From NCBI RefSeq assembly GCF_036321535.1, contig NC_087437.1:96164001-96228000 (forward strand): a stretch of 64,000 nt of DNA. The letters run 5' to 3'. The notes under the pieces were generated by a model that was not told where the DNA came from, did not search any database, and worked only from the letters and a program-made list of their open reading frames with translations. Position 1 is the stretch's first letter; each line of letters opens with the position of its first letter. This document shows positions 25,360 to 38,676 of the stretch, piece by piece. The position numbers and the translations under genes are program-made. The DNA comes from Camelus dromedarius. Taxonomy: Eukaryota.

Positions 25360-26234
25360 CTGAAATTAAATGAGAAAAGAAAAGCACATGAACCCTTACA
25401 CACATGCACACACACACACAGACACACGATTACACTGGCAATGAATGGCAACCTTGATAGTATCAAAATGTTCCCCCCAGTTCATTTCCTCCTGATTTCT
25501 AGTTGTTGGTGCTATCAGAGTAAATCCTCTGGCTGTTATCCTAATTTCTAATCATAAGCACATCTGTTATCTCAATATCTCAATTTATTCTTAAAAGATC
25601 TTACTAGCTAATTGTTACCCCATGGTTACAAAAGGCAGTAACTTCCCAACAAAGTTACCCAAGTGGAAAAACCAAATTGCTAATTAAAGGCAATTAATGA
25701 ATTTAGTGCTTGTAGATTTAACTACTTTCTTCTCTTGTTCATCCTGGCGCACCAACAGCATATCCTAATATTCATGTCAGAAGTGTTTGAGAATTTTATT
25801 TGCTCTTCCTCTAGATCCATGCCAACATTTCCTTCCATACAACATGTCAATCATTCAGATTTTGTGCTACAAAATGTATTCAATAGCCTTTCAACTGTCG
25901 TACTTTTCTTAACTTTTTCATTAGAAATTGATGTCTCCCTATATCTCAACATCTAAAAATCTATAAAGCAGAAGTTTTAACCCTATAAAATATATATACA
26001 TATATAAATATATTAAAAAATAACAAGTTTTAAAAAGAGCATGTTTTAGGGACTGTGGTTAGGGAATACAGAAATTTAATCCAAAATCTTGAATTGTGAC
26101 ACAAAATCAGTAGCATTTTTATCTTCACCTTCTCTGTAGTGCTATTATTTTCATAAATCAAATAGATCCTAATGGACTTCTAAAAGGAGACTTAAGGATA
26201 AGATAAGCAATATTATTAGATGTAATTGTCCTAT

Positions 26235-26890
26235 AAATTCAACCCCTTAAATATCTCCCAAATCTTTCTTCTGTGCTTCTCTCTACTCCCACAATCACAG
26301 ATCAGTCTCCTTCTGATGTGAACCAGCCCATCAGCTTTCCCTAGTCTCTTAGGAGTCACCTTAATCGCTTGGATTCTACCTTCCATACAGGCAATGGGAC
26401 TGTATTTCTACAATCTTCATTCACGTCACACCTATGGTTAAATTATTCAGTGATATTGCTAATGTAAGAAAAAGTTCAAACTCATTAGCAGGGACTAAAA
26501 GACACTTCTCCATCTCATCAGTCTATTTTTCTAGCTTAATTTTCCATTATTTCCCCAACACCAGACAACTCTATATTTTTCTCTAAACTCTGGGTCTGTA
26601 TATGACTATTCTCAAATCATCTAACAGTGAACTCCTGCTCCTCCTTCAGAGTTCCGTTCAGATATCTTCAGTTTTGTGAGCCTTCTCTGCCCCCACGATA
26701 TGGAACTGATTACAATCCTAAAGTATGTATATTGTGCACTCCCCATACTATAGTGAGATATTTGTTTCATGTGTCTTTTTTCCCCACTGTTCTGTAAGAT
26801 CCTTAACTCAACAACGCTGTAATTCTCAACCTTGCGTTTCCAGCACCTAGTACAGTATTTAGCATATAGAAGATTTTCATTAAAGAAACA
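26235..26890 (+). mobile_element. L2 LINE 3' fragment, degraded
   Basis: L2-like 3' end CTGTAAGATCCTT...CCAGCACCTAGTACAGTATTTAGCATATAG; boundaries approximate. Confidence 0.55.
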
Positions 26891-27021
26891 AAATAGAGTA
26901 TCACAAATGTATATATTCAGTCTTGCTGTCCCTTACAAAACACTAACTTGCGAATGTCCAGATGATTCCTGAATATTTTTACTTGAGTGTCTTTGCTCTT
27001 ATCCTGTTTAAAAATGAATTT

Positions 27022-27697
27022 ATCAAAAAATCCGTACATGGATGTTTACAGCAGTTTTATTCATAATTGCTAAAACTTGGAAGCAACAAAAATGTCTTCA
27101 TTCAGTAGGCGAATGAATAAATAACTCGTGGCACATCGGATAATGGAATTGCTATTCAGTGCTAAAAAGAAATGTGCTAGCAAGCCATGATAAGACATGG
27201 AGGAAAATTAAATGGACATTAGCAGGTGAAAGAAGCCAATCTGAAAAGGCTACATACTGTATGATTCCAACTATACGACATTTTGGAAAAAGCAAAACCA
27301 TGAAGACAGTAAAAGATCAGTGGTTGCCGGACATTAAGTGGGGGAGGGATGAACAGATAGAGCACTAAGGGTTTTCACAGCAGTGAAACCACTCTGGATG
27401 GTACGGCAGTGGTGGATACCTGTCATTAGACATTTGACCAATAGCTCTTTCTGTATCTGCACACAGAGTTTACAACACCAAGAGTGAGTCCTAATGTAAA
27501 CCATGAACTTGAGGGTGATAATTATGTGTCAATGTAGTTTCACCAGTTTAACAAATGTACCACTTTGGTGGGAGGTGTAGACAGTGGCTGAGGCTATGCA
27601 TGTGTGGGGACAGGGGAAAATGGGAAATTATGTATTTTGTGCTCAATTTTGCTGTTGACCCAAAACTGATCTTAAAAAATAAAGTCTATTTAAAAAT
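27022..27697 (+). mobile_element. L1 3' end (L1MC-like)
   Basis: GAAAGAAGCCAATCTGAAAAGGCTACATACTGTATGATTCCAACTATA and terminal TTAAAAAATAAAGTCTATTTAAAAA. Confidence 0.85.
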
Positions 27698-29641
27698 CCT
27701 CAATTTATCATCCTTTTATTGGACAATCATGTGTCAAGTAACTGCATCTTTTTATAGAGCACGCAATTCAGTGGGGCAGACTGATGTTAAGCAAATTATC
27801 AGTGATACAAAGTGTAGGAATAGAGCAGGGAGGTTGAAACTAGTTTTGAGGTTGGGTGAGGCTATGCTGACTACTGGAGAAGGGAATATTCTAAATAGCA
27901 TACGTAGGGTCCCAGAGGAAGAGGAAATACAAAGTATTTGAAGAACTCAGTTTCCTAACTGATAAGAGCTAGGAAAGAAAGAAAGTTGGTTATAGATGAG
28001 ACAGGAGAGGTGAGGATGCGCTTACTAGATCATTAAGGACTTCATCAGCCCTGAGAAAGAGTTTGGAATTTTGCTTATGGGTGATGGATAGTCACTGAGA
28101 GGTTTTACACAAAGAGTTATAACATCTTTGGCTGTTCAATTTTCATCCCTTGTTGAGGGTGCCTGACTTATCTTCTACCTCAATGAGTTGCAAACTGAAG
28201 ACCCTGTTTCAGAAGCCTTGTAGTGTCTGGTAGGAGTATCTCTTCTGACATGTCTTTTATATTTGAATTTAAACAGGCACAATTGAATGTGTTACAAATA
28301 ACAGTTCTTATATATTAGAAAATATCATTGGTTAATCTTATATTACCATTAATTGACTAAGTACGAATAGGACCTGAAAAAAAATACATTGCTCTCAAAT
28401 GAAGGCATTTTTATCTGCTTTATATGTTGGAGATCACAGTTAGATTTCATTTGAAGAAAAGACTCTGTTGTTAAAAGGTTAGTTACTCACTGTCCAGTTG
28501 GACTTACTGTTTTTAGTTTTTCCCATTTTCTAATCAGTCTTGCACATCACTTACACTTTCTGTCTATGAAAACATCAGAATTCTTGGAATAAAGCATTCA
28601 CTTCACTTTATTCTGTCCATTAAATATGTCAAAACCTCAACCTACCTTTTTGGATGGTTATTCCAGTTTCTCAACAAGAATCTCCTGCTCAAAATAAACT
28701 GTTTTGTTTTCTTCTTTCTTTGTACTTTTCCAACCTGGCACATTAGTTTAAAGGATTCCTCCAATTTCACCTCTTATTCTTACAAATCCTTCAAGCTACA
28801 GGCTTAATCCCACATCTCTTACAAAGATTTCCCTGATGAGGCCAAGTGGCACTGATATATTACTCTTCTGAACTTGCACTGATAATATTTTTGCACATTT
28901 ACTGGAAATTTGATTATACGCAGTTCTATGCCATTTCCAGAGTTGATTTCTTTAACTGTTGTCCAATGTATTCCAGTATTTAACCTTTCACATGTTTGTA
29001 GTATCTTTTCCTCAAGTGGATTTAAGCTACATTAATGACACTGAACTGTTCCTGCTTGGCCACACATGACATAATACCTTAAAACTAGTAGGTTATAAGC
29101 CTTTTTATTGATTTGAAATGAAATCTCACAAACTGCTTTATGAATAAGAATGCTTAAGTTTCTTCTCTTAACTTAATTTTAAATGCTATATTGTTAAGTC
29201 TAACAAAAATATATATAAGAAGCCTAACTTAAAAAAATTGCCCATTTTCAGTATGGAATATGTGTCCAGTTATACTTTGTCAATAGTTATAATTAAATTT
29301 ATTTCATAAATGTTACAAAATAGCACAATTTTGTTCCATAAACTAGTACATGTACTTTCCTCACATAGACTTATTATCAGGGATGTTCTATGTTTGAATA
29401 AAGAAAGAACATTTATATATTCAATCTTTCAAATGGAAGTAGTCAAGTATCTCCTAAAATTTTCCTACTTTATAAATAGTAAACTATTCTTGCTTCCACT
29501 AATCTAAAGGGAACACACATATGGAATGAAAATACATACAGAACATAAGAGGAGGAAATAATATTATATGCATCATGTGTTAAGGTAACACAGAGAAAAT
29601 TGTAATCAGTTGTACTCAGTCATTTGTGTAAGACGTGGAAT

Positions 29642-29668
29642 AGAGAGAGAGAGAGAGAGAGAGAGAGA
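29642..29668. repeat. (AG)13 microsatellite
   Basis: Perfect AG run. Confidence 0.97.
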
Positions 29669-30354
29669 ATAAAAGCACGTCTAGGAGAACGTGAGAGAAT
29701 AGATGAAACAAATCTGGGACACAGTGCATGTCATACGATGGGGAGACATGCTCATCACCACTGAGGTATTCATGTCTTAGTTCATTCCGGAACAACAGAT
29801 ACTTAGGTTTCAAGCATTTTCTGAAAGGTCAGAAAGCAACAGAGGACTCGATGGAATGTGATGAAATGCGTAGCTCTATTTTTAGAATTTTCTTCACATT
29901 TACAGATGTATACCTTATTTGAGTGATGGAAATTCAACTTTTTCTTGCAGTAACATTAAAAAAAAAAAGACTATGAAAATGCTTCTAATGCCAAACCAAA
30001 CCAAAGGTCTTTTGGACAACCTTTCCTAGAGAAGCTTCTGTTATTTGACTTACTGTCAGCGAAGTATGAGGCATCATATTATCTGTCTTGCCTGGTGAAT
30101 AATGAGCAGGATGACAACAAATCAATGTTGCATGTGAACTAACTTGTTAAAGGCCAGACACAAACACCAAATTGCTAATAAAAATACAACGAAGTTCAAC
30201 ACCCACAAAAGCTTGCCAATCTCTGTAACTGAAATAACAAAGCAAAGCATCAGTTTTCTACTGAATTACTGCTGAATTCTTCCCTAGCATCATATGATTA
30301 CATTAGAATACATTATATTTATAGTTAAGAGCAAATACATTTTGATATACTTCT

Positions 30355-31932
30355 TAAAAATTAATTAATTAATTATTTTTCTTTTTTAGATTGAAGTATA
30401 CAAAGATTTACAATGTTGTGTTAGTTTCAGGTGTACAGCAAAGTGATTCCATCTTTTCCAGATTCTTTTCCATTTTAGGTTACTATAAAATATTGAATAT
30501 AGTTCCGTGTGCTATACAGTAAGTCTTTTTTGTTTATCTATTTTATATATAGTAGTTAGCATCTACAAATCCTGAACTTCCAATTTATCTCTACCCCAGC
30601 TTTCTCCTTTGATAACCGTAAGTCTGTCTTCTATGTCTGTGAGTCCATTTCTGGTTTGTAAATAAGTACTCTAGTTTTAGTTTTTTTAAGGAACCTCTAT
30701 ACTGTTCTTCATAGTGCTGCACCAATTTACAGTGATGTTCATAGATGCAAGAATCCTCATCAAAATACTAGCAAATTGACTTCAACAGTACAGTAAAAGG
30801 ATCATAAACTATGATCAAGTGGGATTTATCCCAGAGATGCAAGGATTTTTCAATATTTACAAATCAATCAATGTGATACACTACATTAACAAATTGAAGA
30901 ATAAAAACCATATGATCATCTCAATAGATGTAGAAAAAGTTTCTGATAAAATTCAAAATTCATTTATGCTAAAAACTCTCTAGAAAGTGGATAGAGGGAA
31001 CATACCTCAACATAACAAAGGCTATATATGACAAACCCACAGCTAACATCATATTTGATGGTGAAAAGTTGAAAGCATTCCCTCTAAGATCAGGAACAAG
31101 ACAAGAACGCCCACTCTTGCCACTTTTATTCAACATACTTTTGGAAGTCCTATCCACAGCAATCAGAGAAGAAAAAGAAATAAAAGGAATCTAAATTGGA
31201 AAGGAAGAGGTAAAACTGTCACAGTTTCCAGATGACATGATACTATACAAAGAAAATCCTAAAGACACTACCAGAAAACTACAAGAGCTCATCAATCAGT
31301 GGTTCTGGGAAAACTGGATAGCTACATGTAAAAGAATGAAATTAGAACATTCTCTAACACCATAAACAAAAGTAAACTCAAAATGGATTGAAGACCTAAA
31401 TGTGAGACCGGATACTCTAAAACTCCTAGAGGAAAGCATAGGCAGGACACTCTTTGAAATAAATTGCAGCAATATCTTCTTGGATCATCTCTTAGAGTAA
31501 TGGAAATAAAAGCAAAAAAACAACAAATGGGACCTAATTAAACGTAAAAGCTTTTGCACAGAAAAGGAAAACGTAAACAAAATGACGAGACAGCCTACAG
31601 AACGGGAGAAAATATTTGCAAATGATGTGGCCGACAAGGGGTTAATTTCCAAACTATACAAATAACTCAGACAGCTTAATATCAAAAAAACAAACAGCCC
31701 AATCAAAAAATGGGCAGACGCTCTAAATAGACATTTCTCCAAAAGATGACATACAGATGGCCAACAGGCACATGAAAGATACTCAATATTGCTAATTATT
31801 AGAGAAATGCAGATCAAAACTATGAGGTATCACCTTACCCCAGTAAGAATGGCCATCATCAAAAAGTCTACAAATGATAAGAGCCGGTGAAGGTGTGAGA
31901 AAAAGGAACCTGCCACACTGTTGGTGGAAAAG
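30355..31932 (-). mobile_element. 5'-inverted (twin-primed), truncated L1: 3' UTR/ORF2 end on the minus strand (about 30355-30731) plus an ORF2 segment on the plus strand (30732-31930)
   Basis: The two pieces are contiguous in L1 consensus order (...CTGTTGGTGGAAA | TGTAAATTGGTGCAGC...); flanking direct repeat CATTTTGATA(T/C)ACTT at 30338-30352 and 31933-31947; antisense L1-like ORFs 30969..31157 and 31485..31817. Confidence 0.92.
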
Positions 31933-34900
31933 CATTTTGATACACTTTTGTCTAGCTGAGGGAGGCATATTGATGAGAAAGAACATTTACCATTGTTGCT
32001 ATAGTATTAGATTAACAAATACTTTTCTATTTGGCCAATGATTTGATAACTTTTGATACTGAATATTGTTGAGGGGAAAATGGCTCACAAAAGGCTTAGA
32101 CAGAAAATTGATGATATTTAAGCTCTTAGAAACAATATTAAACATTGTAATAAAAAGCAAGAGACATTCTATTCAAGATTGTGGTTATTCCAGGCTAGAT
32201 ATATTTCCAAAATCTCTCTCTCTCCATCCAGCTGCCACTGCCTTATTTTATTCCCTTATCACTTTCATGGTATTGTCCATTCTGCTTGCAATATCACATA
32301 CATTATCTCCCTGCCCTCCAATCCATCATCTATACCCAAAGATTAGAATCCCTACATGACAGACAAGACTTCACTATTGGCCTCAAGACACTTTCTCTGA
32401 TTATCTCCTACTCTATGCATGTTTCAAACTCAACAGACCTCATACAGCAACTACCAACTGCAGAAGGATATAGACAAGCAATTCAAATACGATGTGATGA
32501 GTATTACAATAGAGGAGTAAGTTTAAGGAACAATGGAAAATAAAAGAAAGGAAAGTAACCCTAACTAGAACAGGGGTGGGGTTTTGAAGGAGGAGTGGGA
32601 AATACTAAAGAAGAACTAATGGGACAATTCCTTTTTTTCCTCATCTTTTATTTTATTTCTATTTTTTGCCTTTGGCTAGGGAAATTTCTCTCCATCTACT
32701 TGGCAAATGGCGACATTAGTAACATTCTGTTGCAGTAACTGGTTAGCAATCTACTTTGACATGGAGACTACTTTACATTAGGGCCTACCTCTCGTTGTCT
32801 TTGTCCTGGCTCAGAGCCTGGTACCCAACAGCCACCCTTATCTGAGAAACATGATTATCCCTTTCTGGATGCAAGTTATTATTTTGTACACATTGCTTAG
32901 CTAGGGCTTGTCATACAAAATAACGTGTGTGTGTGCGCGTGTAGTTTCTGATCTCTACCTCCCACTACTGTGAGTTTCCTAAATCAGGGATCAGATCCTC
33001 CTTATTAATTGTATATTTGTTTCTTTCATCTCTTTTGCTTTCCTTCCTGGGTTTAACACTTCTTACGTACTTGAAAAGATAATGTGTGTTGAATAAGTTC
33101 TCTATTCTGATATATATTAAAAAAAAAAACAAAACCCAAAGTCTACATGTCATCATAAGAAGTACAACTGCAGAATCCTTGCTTGTTACAAATAAAAATT
33201 ATTAAAAACAAAAAGGTGACTTCTAAAGTTTTTTATTGTTTGTATTTCAAGATAACTTCAAACTTGCATAAGTTTCAAATCAGGGCACATAAACAATTCT
33301 ATAGGAGAGATCTTCTGAAAAATATTCAATGCTAATATCATGAATAGCAGAGTATATAGAAAATATGCAAAAATCTTTCCTTTTAGAATTATAAGGTTTT
33401 CACATTAGAAAATACAAAAATATAAATCACATATCAAGAAATGGATAAAGTCACTTCAAATCTACTAATTTTAATTAACTCTTGCCATATTGACTTTAGT
33501 ATATGTTTTCATGACAATTGAAGTAAAAACTTTCAAGTGTTAGTCTTTTAAAAAAATCTAAATCCAAAGAATCACAAAATTAAATTCTGCTGTCAGTTTA
33601 CAATATGCTAAGACTTAACTACTATTTTTGTTAAGAGTGATAATTTTTTTTTTCAAGAAATACTGGGTATTTAAGACAAATAACTTAAAGGTAAATAAGG
33701 ACTAAATCATAGGACACAGACTGAATATATACAGTTAAGACATATATTTCTTTACCTACCTAAAAATATTAAATTGATTTTTAGAAATGTTTTAGGAAAA
33801 AAGAATTTCTAATATGTATTCTGGCTAAATACTAAAAGAAATTACAATTCCAAGATAGGTAGAAATAATTTTATATTTTTTATCTTAATATTCTGAAAAT
33901 AATTTGTATCAAAAAGTAAAAATCTGTACCAATGTGTTTTATTTCATTTTATTTCAGCACACAGATAGATGTTTCCAATTCTACTGCTGGACAGCGAAGT
34001 CAAATGAGCATTTAGCACTTATTTGGAAAGTTTAGCATTTATTTGGAATGAATTATTTTAATTTAATGAGTAACAAGCATTATTATAGTCTATGTATCTT
34101 TTAAGTAGGCTTAGAGGGAAAAGAAAAAAAAAATTCCAAGTTACCTACAATTGTTACGTGATTTGAGTTCAAAACTTTATGCTTATAAATGTTTAACGGC
34201 ACTACTTTCTCTCTCCAGTTTAAAAGTTCTATTTTCCTACTTTCTTACTACAGCTTGAAAATGCAGATTTATAATAAACTTATAATAACCTAGGAATCTA
34301 ACAATCTGTAACAATATTTTTCTGTGTAATACACATCTCTGTTTCCGGCTCCCCTGCCCAGGAACTGTGTGACACTAATGCATTTATATTACTGACATGT
34401 ATTACATAAGATCATGTGCAGACTTTCCTTTTTAAAAAAGTCAGAGAAAGAGGGTGTGCTTTTAACTTCCTATTTGAAATGTGAACTTTTAAAAAGAAGT
34501 AAAATAAAAAATAATATATATAAATATGGGCATTATAATCCCACAGAAGCAAATGAAGCCCTTTGGAGGGAAAGAAAGATATGGAGAAAAAATATGGAGG
34601 AATGCATATGTATATATATGCACGTCCATTTATCTATGTGTATAATGCATATATATAGTTTATATGTATATATATTATGTAACCAAAAGAAAAGGCAAAT
34701 GTAGTCTTTTGAACAAACCAAGTGTTGTGGATGAGACAATTCTAACTAGGAAAATTAATCTGGAGACCTCAAAGACACCAGTTACGTAAAATGAGAAGGA
34801 GATGAAGAAAAAATTCTAAGCATGTACATGTGATATTTGTGTAAAACAAGACAGAAAAGAAAATCAGTATTTAAATAAATTGAGATATTTTAATATCTAA

Positions 34901-35776
34901 ATACTTCTAAATGAAGAAAAACCTTGGAGAAAGAAAAACTGACTTTATTCTGTAATTTTTTGTTTCAGTTGAAAGCAATGATGACCTGGGGATTGTGAGG
35001 AAGACAGAACACTTAGAATTATTAAAATAGAAGAAGCGACTATGTTTCTTCTTACTTGCTATTTTTTTTTTTTTTGATTAAAGAATAAAGAGTATTAATG
35101 TCTTTCTGCTTCTAAAATCAATTAACACTTTAACAGAGAAAAACAAACTCTTGTGAGATGTTTGAGAAATAAGGAAACTGGTCACATTTAAAGGACCTTA
35201 GAGGAAATTTTCTAACTTAAAAAGGTTTTGTTACAGAATGTGCATTGGCTCGAACCTCTTTTATTGCTTCGACCTCTAAATTCCCATCAAAGCTGATGAT
35301 TAAAGCCCTACCCACTGGCCAGGTCCCTACAATTATCCCATTTTGATGGCGCTCAACAGTGGGCGCCCTGCTATGGCCAGACATCAAGTCATTAGAGAAC
35401 TGCGAGGGATGATGAAGACGGTTATTTTCATTCCCTTTTCAGCCCTTCTCAGGAGTGGCTCTTTAGTTCACAGAGCTCTGGGTACTTGCTTTCAAACTAA
35501 CAAGCAATATTATAAATGGAGGCTGCATTATCATGATTGCAGACAATCTAAGGCACTTGACGGCCAAGGATTCTAGGTCCTTCATGTGTGCTGTGTTGTA
35601 TTTATCAACTAAAAATACATAGATGGGGAAAACAGTAAAAGGGAGGGGGAGCAATGAACAGGCTGGGAAGGGGGCAGGGAAAACAGAAAACATTTTTGTC
35701 AGTATCAAGAGAAAAATGCATAAGAGAGAAAGGAGTATAACCCCGGGCATTTTGTTGGTATATGAAACATTTTTAC

Positions 35777-35933
35777 CCATTTTCTTGCTGTTCCACTGCA
35801 TAGTGTTCCAGCTCTGTACCAGGAAGGGGCTGGACTGGGGGAGGAGGTAGCGGAACATTGGCCCAGGTCGATCCGTTGTTTTTCTGTGGTTTAGAAGAAT
35901 TTTTATTTTTCTTCTTTTTTCCACCTTTCCCAC
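35777..35933 (-). CDS. ROBO2: ROBO2 exon (157 nt) with basic patch (GKKKKNK) and CC2 motif (VPLPPPPVQPLPG)
   Basis: Acceptor ctttcag|GT, donor TGG|gtaaaa; translated by hand GGKGGKKKKNKNSSKPQKNNGSTWANVPLPPPPVQPLPGTELEHYAVEQQENG; phase 1 to 2. Confidence 0.97.
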
Positions 35934-38628
35934 CTGAAAGTAATAATACATTTATTCAGACATACTGAATATCAGAAGAAACAGAATACATCAGATGGGA
36001 AGATGTATTTATGTTTTCAAAACACCCGAATCAGTATGTTACAGTTGTTAAAAGCTATAAACAATGAAATGATATAATCAGAGAAACATTTTTATAAATC
36101 ACTCAAAATATTGTTTCTTCCACAATGCATTAACCGCAGTGCTGAATAAACCAAAAACATGGCTGCAGTAGCAAAAGCACATTTATTGATTTATTCACAT
36201 TTGCTGCCTCCACGTTTTCATTGTTAGACGAAATAATGGGCCATAACCAATTCTTTCAAATGTCAGATTTTAGTGCGTTTATAATGAATGCTCTTTTGCA
36301 TAATCTGTCTCAGTGGAAAACGCAGTGTCTAAGGATATAGGCTAAACTTTTCCATTAGAATTTACTCAATTTAATTAATCCAGGAGAGTAACAGTTTTCT
36401 TTCAGAAGTAACTTATAAAAATCAAGCAACTACAATCTGGAGGATACTTGTTAATCTCTCACAATGATACGTTTTAAAGAATTCTTAACCAACGAATGGC
36501 ACAATTATTTTTGCATATAGTTAGAGTAGTTCCCAGATGTCTTAAGCATCACATTTCTTAAAATTCCAAATATGGTGAGAACTAATAGAAATATAGTAAT
36601 AGGTTTCAGTATTATTGTAATACAAATGAATTCATACACAAAACATGAACAGAAAGTAACTCGGCCGCATATGAACCATATCTGGAATTATCAGAACTTA
36701 ATGAAATATAAAAATAGAATTTGTCATTTGTACAATGCAGTATTTTTCACTCTTCCAAAATTAAATACAATCAAGTTTCTTCTTAAATGGACCCTGGTTG
36801 GATGCAGAAATCAGTACTTCCTGAGCAGAATGACAAAAAAGATGTTTCAGGGGAACCTAAGTAAATTCTGGCACCTCCATTATGGTCAATAGCTATATTT
36901 CCAAAAAAATGGTATTGACCCCTTGAACTTCACTTTTCTGGAACTAAAAGTTGTGAGCATGAAATATGTGTAGCAGGGCTATCTAACACTAGAGATATCA
37001 CCAGAAGTTTACTTCATCTCCTTTCTTCTACTAGTTACTAACCTGCATCAGACAATTTATGTGATTTAATAAAAACTGAGTCTCAGAGTGTGACAAAACT
37101 GTTAAACTGGACATACACACTATTACCAATAGAGAAGTTATGTTTGTTTTCTAGGTGTGCACATATACACACATTTTTAAAAAGAGCATCCTTGTAAACA
37201 AGGTGCTTTTACCATTCCTTTCACTTTTTATCTTCGGCAGCAGGAGAGGTATATTAAGAAAAAGGAGAGCAGGTATCTACTGCTTTGAAAAGAAGAGCTT
37301 GATCTCTGGGTTTGAAAACTAACTTCTTACTCAGTTAATAAGTTATGCAATAGATATCACTTCAATTTCCCCACACATAAAACACATATAAAATTACTCC
37401 TTTTGGAGATTACTTTAAGGTTTACAAGAGATAATGCATGTAAATGGCTCAAAATGTACAGAATGCTGAATAAATGCCGGTCATTATCACCCTTTCCCAT
37501 CGCCTCTATTTCGGAGCAAACTCTGTTTTACCTGGTTTCAAAGCCTTTGCCACGCCCAACTCCTCCAACACTATTGAGTGTCCCAGAAATAGCCTGATTC
37601 TTGGAATAAAAATAATCAACCTGACTGAATTTAAGTCTGTAATTTTTGTGTTCAAGGTAGGTGAGCCTTAACCCTTTATTTCCTGATAACCCACCAAAAT
37701 CATCAAGTGGGATCATATTTTTCACTGTAGTATCAGAACTATATTTCAATACCTAAAAGAAGAATGAGTTGGACATATGTTCTTCATAGCTTTCCCCCTA
37801 CTTGTAACTCTTTTATTCCTAATATATCTATACGTGTACAATGCTTTTTTCTTCACTTTTCATAGCACTTTTAGAAATGTCATATGGTCACCCGAACTGA
37901 GTGACACAAATAGGGAAGTTTTTACATCTCCATTTTATAGATGAGGAAAATTAAAGTTCTTTCTGAGTTTGTGGTCCACATTCACACATTAAGAGCACAA
38001 ACAATTTAGAACGCAGCAGCTTTACTGGAAATTGCAATCTCTGCAGCTCTGAATCCAGCTCTGCTGAAATCTTTGCCCAAGGTCAAGAAAGCCATTATCA
38101 ATTCTTCCAAACACCTGGCTTAAAAATGTACTGTGGAAACAGCTGATTTATAGAGGGAATTTGTGAGGGCTTTCCATCCACTGTCCACTTTCCCCTCTTT
38201 GGGGAAAATTTCTGCCCTCTCATTATGGGCACTCTTAGTAGGACTATCCCTAAACACAATTGTCTTCTCTAGCAATGAGTTAAGAGGTGGGCTCTTAGCA
38301 TGGAAGTGGCATATGACTAAGGAAATTAAATTCTCTATCTGAGATCTATATCTTGAGCTAAGTGAATGAGAATCTGTTGCTGTTACTTGCAACCAAGGAT
38401 CTTTAAGCATTTTAAAGTGATAACTGCCTGTATTATATTTTAGGGAACATATTCTTATGACTTGCAAATATATCTGACCCATCAAACTTCAACTCAAAAT
38501 GTAAATATTTGGGTTTACGGTTATTTATGCTGAACAAAGGACTTCCATGTAAAGGAAACTATGAAAGCAATTCATTTTTCAAATTAAACTTAGAGTCTAT
38601 TCTTTAAAAATACTGTTATATAAAAGGT

Positions 38629-38676
38629 TTAGTATTAGTATTAGTATTAGTATTAGTATTAGTATTAGTATTAGTA
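38629..38676. repeat. (TTAGTA)8 hexanucleotide microsatellite
   Basis: Eight perfect tandem copies. Confidence 0.98.

Noticed and set aside
30969..31986. Minus-strand ORFs of 62-110 aa
   Set aside because: They are antisense readings of degraded L1 ORF2, not genes. The plus-strand ORF2 frame contains stops and deletions.
35463..35951. 162-aa ORF overlapping the CC2 exon
   Set aside because: It reads the ROBO2 exon in a different frame and runs into intron; low-complexity hydrophobic composition with no independent support.
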